64,000 nt of DNA from an uncultured Chloroflexia bacterium. Its GTDB lineage: Bacteria > Chloroflexota > Anaerolineae > CG2-30-64-16. The notes beneath the pieces are model-generated. The model saw only the letters and a list, made by a program, of their open reading frames with translations, was not told the DNA's origin and made no database searches. The position numbers and the translations under genes were made by a program. Below are positions 1-11,171 of this stretch, one piece after another (the stretch's first letter is position 1; each line of letters opens with the position of its first letter). Where the stretch lies: positions 576,001 through 640,000 of the forward strand of contig CAVZDU010000002.1 of assembly GCA_963774265.1 (NCBI GenBank). The letters are read 5' to 3'.

Positions 1-48
1 CTGGCCAGGCGCCACCAGCCACATAGACCGCATCGTTGGGGTGTTCAA
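1..48 (-). CDS. 5' fragment of a gene running off the window, possibly an MDR/zinc alcohol dehydrogenase
   Basis: AGGAG RBS then TTG; reads MNTPTMRSMWLVAPGQ, like an MDR N-terminus; only 16 codons visible. Confidence 0.3.
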   Translation of the reverse strand, partial: MNTPTMRSMWLVAPGQ

Positions 49-105
49 TGAAATGCTCCTGCTCGCCATCGAGGCTGAAAGGACGTTACCGTGTCTCGCC
101 GGCCC

Positions 106-868
106 TCATCGCCCAGGGAGCGATGTCCGCACTGTATATTTGTACCGATCCCCGCGGCTGACCATGCGGGTATACTCTACAGGTTCATCGTCATCCGAGT
201 AAATGATGCTCTCCACAAGCAGCAGCGGTGAACCCGGCGACACCTCGAGCAACTGGCTCTCCCGCAGACTGCCCGCCACTGCCTGGATTGTCGCTTCCGA
301 CCGGGCAAAGGTTACGCCTTGAAGTCGCAAGACACGCCACAGGGAGGCCTGACCCTGCAGCTGCGCAGGCGTCAACACGACATGGGCTGGGAGCCTGAGA
401 TGGGAGGTGGATACAATCGTCGGCTCATCGTCGACCAGGCGGAGCCGCTCGACGATCCAGATCCACTCCCCCTCCTCCACCCGCAGTGCAGCAGCCACAT
501 CGCCGATCGCAGGTTCCTGCCGCAAGGAGAGCAGGCGTGAGCCGGCCCGAAGTCCGATTGCCTCCAGCTCCTCAGAGAAGCTGCGGAGCTGTGAGAGCTG
601 TCGCTGAATCTTGGGGCGAGCGACGAAAGTCCCTTTTCCCTGATGCGACACCAGGTAACCTTCGCGTACGAGGTCGTTGATCGCCCGCCGAACCGTGATA
701 CGACTGACACCGTAGGTGTCACAGATCTCACGTTCGGTCGGAATCGGGTCACCCTTCTCCCAGTGGCCTTGCTCGAGCGTGCCCAGCAGCGCCTGGCGCA
801 ACTGGTGATACAGCGGCAGGGGCGACGTCGCGGTCAACCGCGGCAGGATCCAGAACAGCTAGTCCCAT
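106..868 (-). CDS. GntR/HutC-family transcriptional regulator (wHTH + UTRA)
   Basis: PLYHQL..IPTEREIC..YGVSRITVRRAI..QGKGTFV and C-terminal UTRA (EPVEY..SRGDRYKY); probable ATG at 868 with a frameshift near 835. Confidence 0.93.
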
Positions 869-902
869 GGTTTCTACATCCGAACTCATCAGCGCTTCTA
901 AT

Positions 903-916
903 GTCATTATAACAAC
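903..916. promoter_or_regulatory. Putative GntR operator 1
   Basis: GTCATTATAACAAC, 2 mismatches to palindrome GTTGTTATAACAAC, downstream of the gntR -10. Confidence 0.6.
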
Positions 917-930
917 TTTAGGCCGGTTCC

Positions 931-959
931 AATATAGCACACGTCGAAAACCCTGTCAA
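931..959 (-). promoter_or_regulatory. Sigma70-type promoter of gntR
   Basis: Minus strand TTGACA-17 bp-TATATT with extended TG. Confidence 0.7.
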
Positions 960-1003
960 TAGGGAGTTTTTTCACCGATACCGGCCCCTCAAGACCGGAG
1001 GTA

Positions 1004-1032
1004 TTGACATGCAGTGGTTTGTGTGCTATACA
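1004..1032 (+). promoter_or_regulatory. Sigma70-type promoter of the xdh/mtm operon
   Basis: TTGACA-17 bp-TATACA with extended TG; an alternative TATAAT at 1046. Confidence 0.6.
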
Positions 1033-1040
1033 TGCGTTAT

Positions 1041-1054
1041 GTTGTTATAATAAG
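1041..1054. promoter_or_regulatory. Putative GntR operator 2
   Basis: GTTGTTATAATAAG, 2 mismatches to the same palindrome. Confidence 0.6.
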
Positions 1055-1104
1055 TGATCGATCGGGTATCTCTCCTATCCTCCCGGCCTATGAGGTGCCA
1101 ACCT

Positions 1105-1975
1105 ATGGCAAGTTTGGACTACGTGCATGCTACGTCCGTTGCAGACGCGGTGGCGCTCCTGAATGGCCCTGGACTGCGGTGCCGCCCCATCGCCGGGGGC
1201 ACCGATCTGGTTGTGGCAATGCGCCAGCGCGGTCCCTGGTTCGATCGCCTGGTGGACATTACAGCGATCCCGGAATTGTGCGAGATCGAGGAAACCCCGG
1301 CGGAGATTCGCATCGGCGCGGCAGTGACATTTGGCCGCGCAGCTGCCAACCTCCTGCTCCGCACGGCCGCCCCGATGCTGGTCGAGGCGTGCCTGACTGT
1401 GGGCAGCCCACAGATCCGCAACACCGGCACGCTCGGCGGCAATGTGATCAACGCAGCACCCTGCGCGGACAGCCTGCCCCCGCTCGTTGCGCTGGATGCC
1501 GCAGCCGCACATCGCCGGCCGCGGACGGAGAGCGAGTTCTGCCGGTCTCCCAGCTGACATCCTCACCGCATCAGGCCATGCTCCGGCCCGGCGAATTGCT
1601 CACCCATTTCACGTTTGCCAAACTGCCCGCCTGGCACCCGTTCCACCTTCATTAAACTGGGCCGGCGCAACGCCCAGTCCATCTCCAGGCTCAGCATCGC
1701 CGCGGCCGGTCGCATCAACGACGCAGGCGTGATGGATTTCGCCCGGCTGGCGCCGGGTGCAGCGCTTCCTCATACGGAACGCATGCTGGAGGTGGAGGCG
1801 ATGCTGTTCGGGCGTCCTCCGGGCCGACCTGTTCGGAGCGGCTGGGGAGATGGCGTCCAACTTCATGCTCAGCATCACCGGCAGGCGCTGGTCGACGGAG
1901 TACAAAGAGATCGCCATCCGCGGTTTGGTCGAACAGGCATTGGCAGCCGTATTCGGCGACGCCAACCCCTCCTGA
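1105..1975 (+). CDS. Xanthine dehydrogenase family FAD-binding subunit (frameshifted)
   Basis: IAGGTDL, GSPQIRNTGTLGGNV, FIKLGRRNAQSIS across ORFs 1054, 1615 and 1757. Confidence 0.88.
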
Positions 1976-2003
1976 TCCGTCCATCCAAAGGGAGTCTATT
2001 CGC

Positions 2004-2503
2004 ATGCTCATTGAGTTCACGCTCAACGGGAAACAGATCGCTGTTGAGGCGCCAGCGCACATCTCACTCTTGACGCTGCTTCGCGATGCACCTCGATCTG
2101 ACCGGCACCAAAGAGGGCTGCGAGCGTGGGAGAGTGCGGTGCATGTTCCGTCATTGTCGATGGCGAAATCGTCAATAGCTGCCTTATGCTGGCGCCGAAG
2201 GCTGCGGGCCGCTCCGTCCTGACCATCGAAGGCGTCAGCCCTGCCGACGGTTCGCTGAGCGACCTCCAACGCAACTTCGTCGACCACGGCGCGGTGCAAT
2301 GCGGCTTCTGCACGCCCGGCATGGTGCTCGCAGGTGAGGCGCTGCTTGCGCACTCCCCGCTGCCCACACGGGACGAGATCCGCACCGCCCTTTCCGGTAA
2401 TCTGTGCCGCTGCACGGGCTACCAACAGATCGTCGACGCCATCGAAGCAACGGCGCTCGAGCGCGCGGGTACGGCGGCTCCTGCCCCGGTTTACGGAGGT
2501 TGA
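2004..2503 (+). CDS. Xanthine dehydrogenase family 2Fe-2S subunit (frameshifted)
   Basis: GECGACSV, QCGFCTPG, GNLCRCTGY. Confidence 0.92.
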
Positions 2504-2506
2504 GGC

Positions 2507-4827
2507 ATGACTGAACAACAGTACATCGGCAAGCCTGCTCGGCGGGTGGATGCGGCGGACAAGGTGACCGGTCGCGCCCGCTACGTTGCGGATTACCGCC
2601 TTCCGGGGATGCTGTATGCGCGCTGCCTTCGCAGCGAAATACCTCATGCAGCCATCGCCCACCTCGACACCGCACCGGCGCTGCAGGTGCCTGGCGTCCT
2701 CGCCGTCATTACCATTGCGGACTTTGCCAATGAAGGGCGCTTCGGTTTCCCGGTGAGCGACCAATACATGCTTGCCCGGGGGACGGTGCGTCACGTCGGC
2801 GAAGCGATCGCCGCGGTTGCTGCCGAGACGCCAGAGGCAGCCGCGGCCGGGTTTGGCCGCGATCGTCTGCGAGTTGGAGCCCCTTCCCGCGGTGTTCGAT
2901 CCCGAGGCTGCGCTTGCACCTGATGCACCGCAGATCGGTCCCGATCGTGCCGACGGCCGGCATCCCAACTTCCTGCACTCCGAGATCGTGCGCCAGGGCG
3001 ATCCTGTTCGCTGCTCTCGCCGACTGTGAACGTCACGCTGGACGAAACTTACTCTGTCGTGCAGCAGGAACATGCCTACCTGGAGACCGAAGGCGCGCTG
3101 GCGATCCCGACACCGGAGGGAGGCGTCGTCGTCTACGCCTCCAACCAGAGCCCTTTCATCAATCGCGGAAACCTGGCCAACGTCCTGGGACTGGCACAGG
3201 ATCGCGTGCGCGTGATCCAGCCCCCCGTGGGCGGCTCCTTTGGCGGCAAGGATGACCTCAACTACCAGGCCTCGGCGCAATGCGCCGCGTTGGCCCTCAA
3301 GACCGGCCGCCCGGTTCGGATGACCTTCTCACGCGAAGAGAGCATGATCGCCAGCTACAAACGCGATGCGATGCGCATGCACGTGCAGCTGGGGGCAACG
3401 CCGGACGGCGCTCTCAAAGCCTGCAAGTTCGACGGCTTGCTCGACTCCGGCGCCTATGCGTCGCAGAGCGTGTTCACTTCCTGGCGCGCGGCCATCCATG
3501 CGATGGGCGCCTACCGGTACGAGCACTGTCACGTCGACATCAACTGCGTCTACACCAACAACGGCTACGCCGGCGCATTTCGCGGATTCGGCAACACGGA
3601 GGTCTGTTTCGCAATCGAGCAGGCTATCGACGAGCTGGCGGATAGGCTGGGCCAGGACCCGATCGACTTTCGCCTGCGCAACTGCCTGCGCCTGGGTGAC
3701 GAGACCGCGTTTGGCCAGCGGCTGGATGAATCGGTGGGCCTGCCTGAGTGCCTGGAGGCGGTGCGCAAAGCCAGCGACTGGGATCGCAAACGCGCCGCTT
3801 ACGCGCACCAGGGGGCAGGTCCCCTCCGGCGCGGCATCGGCGTGGCCGCGCTCTTCCATGGCACCTCACTCGGTGCGGAAGGGGCTGACTATGCGGGAAG
3901 CACCATCACCGTCGAGGGCGACTATCTCATTGCCCTGACCTCGGGCCTGACCGATTTTGGCACCGGCTCACGCACCGTCTTCACGCTCATCGCCGCGGAG
4001 GAGCTTGGCGTCAGCCCCGATCGGATCAGGATGCTCCGGCCGGACACCGACACGGCCATCGAATCGGGTCCCACGGTCGCCAGCCGCTCGACCATGTTGG
4101 GCGGCAATGCCGCGCGGCTCGCCGCGCAGAACCTGCGCCAGACGCTCGACTATGCGGCGGCCAATCTCCTTCACTGCGAGGTCCACCAGCTCGTGCGAGC
4201 AGGCGAGGGCTACGTCGGGCCCAGTGAGGAGCCGTAAGCTGGGAGCGGTGGTCGACCATGCCCACGCGATCGGCCTGACGCCTTCCGCGCACGGTCGCTG
4301 GACTGCGCCCCACATCCACTGGGACAGCAAGACCGGGCGTGGCGTCGCCTACCTGGCCTATCACTTCGGCGCACAGGTCGCTGAGGTCGAAGTGGACATG
4401 CGCACCGGCAAGACCGATGTCGTCGGCTTCTGGGCCGCGCACGATCTCGGAACGACGATCTTCCCGCCAAGGCGCGGTCGGCCAGGTCTACGGCGGCGTG
4501 GCGCAGGGCCTGGGCTACGCGCTCATGGAGGAGGCGCGACTACGTGGACGGCTACCTGCAGGCGACCAACTTCGACACCTACCTGATCCCCACGGCCAGG
4601 GACGTGCCCGACATCACCTGCATCCTGCTGGAGATGCCGTATTCGCACGGGCCCTTCGGCGCAAAGAACATCGCGGAGCCTGCCCTGGTGCCGGTTGCAC
4701 CCGGCCATCTGCAACGCCATCGCACATGCCACCGGCCGGCGGGTGCGCGATTTGCCAGCCAACCTGGAACGCGTGCTGCTGGGCCACAGCCTCGGGCGCG
4801 GCGATGACGGCCGGTCGTGCAAGTTAG
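2507..4827 (+). CDS. Xanthine dehydrogenase family molybdopterin-binding subunit (several frameshifts)
   Basis: KVTGRARY, QEHAYLE, GGSFGGK, AFRGFG, TVASRS, QVYGGVAQGLG, GAKNIAEP with catalytic Glu. Confidence 0.9.
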
Positions 4828-4882
4828 GACTGAAAATCGGTTGACCTTTTGCATTTATCGAGGAATTCGAAAGGAGCACAAC

Positions 4883-5571
4883 ATGGATAAGCAGCAACTG
4901 CTGGCGCAATCTGTCACGAGAGCCTTCTGGAAACTGATCCGGAGGCAGCCGCGTTGGCAGCCCAGGCAGCCGTCGATGGTGGCGTCGATGCCATGGAGGC
5001 CATTCAGGTCGCCTCCGCGGCGATCGCCAGAGGTTGGTGACCTGTTCGAGAGCGGCGACCTCTACCTGCCCAGCCTGATGCTCGCGGGCGAGGCGATGAA
5101 GCGAAGCATGAGCATCCTGTCACGCTACCTCAGCGTGGAGCAGGCCAGCCAGAAAAAGGGCAAGGTCGTGATCGGTGCAGTGTCCGGCGACATCCACGAC
5201 ATCGGCAAGAACCTGGTGGCGACCATGCTTTCAGTGCACGGCTACGAGGTCGTCGACGTGGGTGTCAATGTCCCACCGATGGAGATCATCGACACCGCGC
5301 AGCGAGAACATGCGCGCTTCATTGCGCTATCTTCGCTGATGACGACCTCGATGCCCTACCAACGCGACGTGCTGGAACTCCTGACGCGAGATGGGCGTTC
5401 GAGACCGCTTCTACGTCGATCGTCGGCGGCGGCCCGGTCACAGCCGAATACGCCAGCCGGATCGGCGCCGACGGCTGGGGGGTGAGCGCGGTGTCCGCGG
5501 TGAAAGTGTGCGACCGCCTGTTGCAGTCCAACGAACGTCCTCCCGTCAAGTCCACCTTCCTTCAGGAATAG
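4883..5571 (+). CDS. Corrinoid (B12-binding) methyl-carrier protein, MtmC/MttC-like (frameshifted)
   Basis: VGDLFESGDLYLPSLMLAGEAMK cap domain; DIHDIGKNLV (DxHxxG); SSLMTTS; IGADGW. Confidence 0.9.
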
Positions 5572-5581
5572 GAGCATAACC

Positions 5582-6970
5582 ATGACACTCAATCGTGATC
5601 GGCTGATGGACGTGCTTGACAAGGCGCACAAAGGGCCCATCGTCAAGCAGTTCGACTGGGACACGCGCACGATTCCCGGCGCGATTGCCGACAAACTCAA
5701 GAAGTACGGCCTGCAGAAGACCTGCGATCCGGCCAATCCGATCAACCAGAACCTGGAGCTGGCGGATCGCTTCTTCGCGGCCGCCCTGGAAGTGGCGACC
5801 GAAGTCGGCATGCTGTGCACCGATACGCAGCGCGCGATCCGCTACTCGCGGGAGGAGCTGATCGCGGGCCTCGAGGCCGCGCCGGCCGCCTTCACGCTCG
5901 GTGAAGGCAAGGAAATCGCCCATTTCCAGCACCGCAGCATCTCCGATCCGGTGGCGCCCATCTGGGTGTCGCCCCTGAGCATTGCCGTGAGCGAGGATGT
6001 CTTCGAACCGCTGGTGATCGGCATCGCCAACGTGCCGGAAGTCGACTGCCTGGAGGGACCCTCCTTCGAGACCATTTGGGGCGCCCCCCTGCGCGCCGGC
6101 TCGCCTTACGAATTGCTGGCAGGCAAGATGCAGGCCCAACGCTTCTACAGCGCCATCTCCAAGGCGGGCCGCGATGGCATCGGCCTGTATGCGGTCGGCA
6201 CCTCGCCGACGCATTACGGCGTGCTGGGCGGGTACGGCGTGCCTGGCGGCTACAAGCCCGAACGCGACATCGTGCTGGTGCTCTCGCCCGTGGAGATCAA
6301 GACATCTTACGAGAACCTGATGAAGCTCGCGCATGCCTACAACTGCGGCGGCCAGACCTACGGCGGCTCGTGGTCGATGATCGGCGGCTACGCGGGTGGG
6401 CCTGAGGGTGCGGCGCTATCCTGCATCGCCTGCACCATCATGTTGTACAATGTCTACCAATGCGTCAACGGCGCCAGCTTCCCGTACGATCTGAAGACCA
6501 TGGGCAACTGCGGCCGCAATGCGTTGTGGGCCCTGGGCGTGGTGTTCCAGGCCCTGAGCCGGAACACGCACATCTGCGCCAATTCCGTGCTCAACCAGAC
6601 CGCCGGCCCGGTGACCGAGTGCCTGCTCTACGAGTCTGCGGTCGGCATGATGACCCTCAGCGTCTGCGGCACGTCCTCCTGCACCGGCCCCCGGACGGCG
6701 GGCGGCAAGTACACCGATTACATCACCCCGCTCGAGGTGAAGTTCGCGGGCGAGGTCTTCAAGAAGTCCGCAGGGATGGGCCTCTCCGAGGCGAACGAGA
6801 TCGCCAACCGCCTGCTCCCGAAGTACGAGCACGAGCTGGGCCACCCGCCCAAGGGGCAGAGCTTCCAACAGTGTTACGACCTGAAGACGCTGCAGCCCTC
6901 GGATGAATGGCGCAAGGTCTATGATACGGTCAAGAACGATGTCATCGCGGCGGGCATGCCGCTGAGCTGA
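5582..6970 (+). CDS. mtmB: Monomethylamine:corrinoid methyltransferase (MtmB) homologue without pyrrolysine
   Basis: 462 aa; WD..IP, CTDTQRAIRY, SPYELLAGK, GGYAGGPE, AGPVTECLLYE, FQQCYDLKT; no in-frame TAG. Confidence 0.88.
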   Translation: MTLNRDRLMDVLDKAHKGPIVKQFDWDTRTIPGAIADKLKKYGLQKTCDPANPINQNLELADRFFAAALEVATEVGMLCTDTQRAIRYSREELIAGLEAAPAAFTLGEGKEIAHFQHRSISDPVAPIWVSPLSIAVSEDVFEPLVIGIANVPEVDCLEGPSFETIWGAPLRAGSPYELLAGKMQAQRFYSAISKAGRDGIGLYAVGTSPTHYGVLGGYGVPGGYKPERDIVLVLSPVEIKTSYENLMKLAHAYNCGGQTYGGSWSMIGGYAGGPEGAALSCIACTIMLYNVYQCVNGASFPYDLKTMGNCGRNALWALGVVFQALSRNTHICANSVLNQTAGPVTECLLYESAVGMMTLSVCGTSSCTGPRTAGGKYTDYITPLEVKFAGEVFKKSAGMGLSEANEIANRLLPKYEHELGHPPKGQSFQQCYDLKTLQPSDEWRKVYDTVKNDVIAAGMPLS

Positions 6971-7059
6971 AACGGAAGGGCCGTGTTTAACCGGATGACC
7001 ATACACTGCGCCCAGTATGACCTGGCCGCCGGGTATGGTCGTTTCATTGGAGATAGACA

Positions 7060-8194
7060 ATGGCAAGCCTGAGCACGCGACTTTTCGATGTGTCGATGAC
7101 GTCCCCGTTCATCCTGGCATCAGGACCGCTATCCTATGATGCGACCGGGTTATGGAAGGCCTACCGCGCAGGTGCAGGTGGCGTCGTCACCAAGACCTTG
7201 CGCCTCTCGGCCGCGGTCAACCCCACGCCCCACATGGTCGTCCCGCGCACTTCCAACCTGCGCGCCACGCTGTTCAACTCGGAGAAGTGGGCCGACCTGA
7301 CCTGGCAGCAGTGGGTTGAGATCGAGCTGCCCCGGATGGCGGACCACCCGGGCCTGCTGATTGCCAGCATCGGTCACACGCCCCCCGAAGGTGTGATTGC
7401 GGGGCCGGTGGCCGGAACCGGGGTGGTTGACGCCATCGAGTGCGTCGCGTACACCAGGGAAACTATTGTGGACCTGATCCGCGCCGTACGCGCGCGCACG
7501 AAACTGCCGATCCTCGCCAAGCTCACGTTCAACTGGGGGGATGAATTGTACCCGGCGGCGGAAGCCGCGCTGAGAGCGGGCGCAGACGGCTTCACAGCCA
7601 TCGATTCGATCGGGCCAACGCTGCAGATCGATGTGGAGACCGGCCAACCGACGGTCGGAGGCGCCGGCAGCCAGGCCTGGATGTCCGGAGCCGCTATACG
7701 GCCCGTCGCCCAGGCAGTTGTTGCCGAGCTGGCTCGCCGGCATCCCGGCGTCCCCATCGTGGGAACAGGTGGCGTCATCCAGGCCGAAGATGCCATCGAA
7801 ATGACCATGTGCGGCGCAGCAGCCATGGGCGTGTGCACCGCGCCGTTGCTGCGCGGCCTGGAGTGGTTTGCCCGCACGCATGAAAAACTCAATCTCTGGC
7901 TGGATGAGCGGGGCTACTCGTCGCTGGATGCCGTGCGCGGCAAGGCGCTGGCCAACTTGCAGGCGGAAGAGGACACGACGCGGCTCGTGTTTGGGTTCGA
8001 GCCGCTGAAATGCACCAAGTGCGACCTGTGCGTTGTGCTGTGTCCGTATGACGCGCGGCGAGATGGAAGGCGAGAAGCCCAGAAGTCCTGAGCTCAAACA
8101 GATCCTTCATGAAGCGCGTTGTCGCGATTGCGGCCTGTGCGTAGAGGTGTGTAAGCCTGGCGCGCTCACCTACGCGAACTGGCCGCGGCCCTAA
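7060..8194 (+). CDS. Dihydroorotate/dihydropyrimidine dehydrogenase (PreA-like) FMN barrel with C-terminal 2x[4Fe-4S] (frameshift ~8060)
   Basis: PFILASGP, GGVVTKT, PILAKLT, MSGAAIRP, IVGTGGV; CTKCDLCVVLCP and CRDCGLCVEVC. Confidence 0.85.
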
Positions 8195-8207
8195 GGGGAT
8201 ACGACGC

Positions 8208-10095
8208 ATGGCCAAGACTGCAAACGTAGATCTGACGACGGGCCGCGTCACGGTGACGGAGACCGCGCCCGGGCTGCTGCGAGATTACCTGGGGGGGCGG
8301 GGATTAGGAGCGCGGCTGCTCTATGACCTCGTCGGCCCGGAGGTCGATCCGCTGGGCCCGGACAACATGCTGATCTTCACCGCAGGCCTGCTGGCCGGCT
8401 CCCCGTGGCCCACCTCGGCCCGGATGCATGTCACCTTCAAGTCGCCGCTCACCGGCACATATGGCTACGCGAATACGGGCGGACAGATCGTGGCACAGCT
8501 GCGACATGCCGGGTACGACGCACTGCTGGTGACGGGCCGCGCGGCGGAGCCGTCCATCCTGCGCGTGACGGACGATGACATCGCGATCGTGCCTGCGCCC
8601 GAGCTGTGGGGCCTCCAGACCGGCGCAGTGCACGACGCGCTGCTGGGTCCCCGGGGCGACAAAAGCAAGGGCTGCGTCGCGTGCATCGGCCCTGCGGGCG
8701 AGAACCTGGTGCGCATTGCCGCGATCATCAACGATCGGGGCCGCGCGGCGGCACGCGGCGGCCCGGGCGCGGTGATGGGCAGCAAGAATCTGAAGGCGCT
8801 CCATATCGTGGCCCAGCGGCGTCCACCCACGCCGCCCGAATTCCGAGACGCCGCCCGGACCGCGATGGACAAGGTGCGCGCAGACCCACATCTTGACGGC
8901 CTGCGGCGCTGGGGCACGCTGGTGCTGATGGACGGCAAGAATGTGCGCGGCGATCAGCCGGCCAAGAACCATCAGTTCGCCCAGGTGCCCTTCATCAAAT
9001 CGGTGAACGCGGCCGCATTCGACAAATACGTCGAAGCGCATCGCGGCTGCTACGGGTGTCCGATCAAGTGCAGCCGCGATTCCGAGGTCGACGAGGGCGC
9101 GTATGCCGTGGAGGTGGAGGGTCCGGAGTACGAGAGCACCAACGCCCTGGGCCCGATGAATTGGGTCAGCGACCCGGAAGCGATCCTGTATGCCAACCGC
9201 CTGTGCAACGAGTACGGCCTGGACACCATCTCAACCGGCGTGACGATCGCATTTGCCCTCGAGCTGCACGAGAAGGGATTGCTGGACGACGAGCCGGATC
9301 TGCCGCTGGCATGGGGCAGCCCGGCAACGCTGCACGGCCTGATCGAGCGCATCGCCTTGCGTCGCGGGATCGGCGACGTGCTGGCCGAGGGCACCCGCCG
9401 CGCAGCGGAGCGCATCGGCCGCGGCGCCGAACGTTACGCCATGCAGGTCAAGGGGCTCGAGCTGCCCCGCCAGGAGCCGCGCTTCGCCAAGGGCTTTGGC
9501 CTGGGCCATGCCACGTCCAATCGGGGCGCAGATCACCTCTACGGCCTGCCGGCCATCGACCTGGCGGGCGCCTGGGACGTGGCCAACCGCGTCTTCCCGG
9601 CCGAGATCGTGCCGGAGCTGATGGACCCGACGAACGAGAAATACAAGCCCGACATGGTGGTTTTCGGGGAGCACTTCTGCGCGGTGACCGATTCATTGGG
9701 CATCTGCAAGTTCAGCACCATCGAGGAATACGCCCTGTTTCCCGAGGACCTGGCCCCCGGCGTTGCTGCGTTATGGGGCCGGCCCGTCACCGGCGCGGAT
9801 CTGCTGCCCGTGGGCGAGCGCATCGTGAACCTGGAGCGGCTGTACAACGTGCGCCTGGGGCTGTCTCGCAAGGACGACCGCTTGCCGGCGCGCTTCACCG
9901 ACCGAGCCCGCGCCGCTCTACGAATACGAAGAGGATCCCCAGACCGGTGAGATGGTCCGCTCCGCCGAGCCGATCCGGTACGGGCTGCTGGTTGACTTCG
10001 AAGGCATGCTGGATCGCTACTACGATCTGCGCGGATGGACGCGCGACGGCCTGCCGACCGCTGAAACGCTGGCACGCGTTGGGCTCACACCCTGA
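8208..10095 (+). CDS. aor: Aldehyde:ferredoxin oxidoreductase family (W-pterin), frameshift ~9905
   Basis: YLGGRGLG, KSPLTG, IGPAGENLV, GAVMGSKNLKA, CYGCPIKC, GPEYE, DSLGICKF, YYDLRGW. Confidence 0.92.
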
Positions 10096-10146
10096 ACCGT
10101 CACACCGGTCAGTGAGAACACATTCGCAACAGGAGTCTACTGAGGC

Positions 10147-11142
10147 ATGAACACGAAGCTTTTCCAGAAGGATTTCATCACCACCCCCGACTGGACCGTG
10201 GAGGACCTGAACACCATGCTCGACCTGGCGTTCCGGCTCAAGGGCGACTTCGCCACCGGCGTGCTGCACGATCACATCCTGCGCGCCAAGACGCTGTACA
10301 TGCTCTTCTTCGAGGAGTCGACCCGCACGCGCAACTCGTTCGAGACGGGCATGACGCAGCTCGGCGGCCACGCGATCTGGCTGACGCCCAAGGCGACCCA
10401 GATCGGCCACGGCGAAAACGCCAAGGACACCGGCATGGTGCTGAGCAGCTACGGCACACGGCATCGCCATCCGCGACTGCCGCACCGGGATCGGCAACAA
10501 GTACCTCTACGAGATGGCGCAGTACGCCGATGCGCCGATCATCAACATGCAGGACGACGTCGATCACCCCTGCCAGGCCATGGCCGACCTGATGACCCTG
10601 ATGGAGCTGTTCGGCCGCGACCTGCGCGGGCGCAAGTTCGTCATCTCCTGGACCTACGCGCCGAAGTACGTGCGCCCGTTGAGCGTGCCGCAGTCGCTGG
10701 TCTGGCTGATGCCGCGCTTCGGCATGGACGTGACGCTGGCCTATCCCGAAGGGCTATCACATGATGCCGCGACGTGATGGAGAAGGCCCGCCAGTTCGCG
10801 GACGAGGCCGGCACGAAGCTCACCGAGACCAACGATATGGACGAGGCATTCAGGGACGCCGACTTCCTCTATCCCAAGTCCTGGGGACCGATCATGGTCA
10901 CCGAGGACGAGGCCGAGGTGGAGGCGATGGCGGCGCAGAACACCGGCTGGCGCGTGACGCAGGAGAAGATGGCGCTGGCCAAGAAGCATGCGGTCTACAT
11001 GCACTGCATGCCCATCGACCGCGGCCACGAGGCCGACGGCGACGTGATCGACGGCCCGCAGTCGGTCATCTACAAGCAGGCCGAGAACCGGCTGCACATC
11101 CAGAAGGCGCTGATGGCGCTGATGATGAGCGGCCGCGCGTGA
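10147..11142 (+). CDS. YgeW-like (knotted) carbamoyltransferase (frameshifted)
   Basis: STRT, HPCQ, WTYAPKYVRPLSVPQ, YPKSW, MHCMP, QAENRLH. Confidence 0.85.
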
Positions 11143-11171
11143 GAGGATCCTGGCCGGGATTTGAGAGGCCC

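Noticed and set aside
1715-3280. Long antisense ORFs (this one, 11185-12444, 38283-39518, 57441-58754 and others)
   Set aside because: Shadow frames of high-GC genes with no motifs of their own
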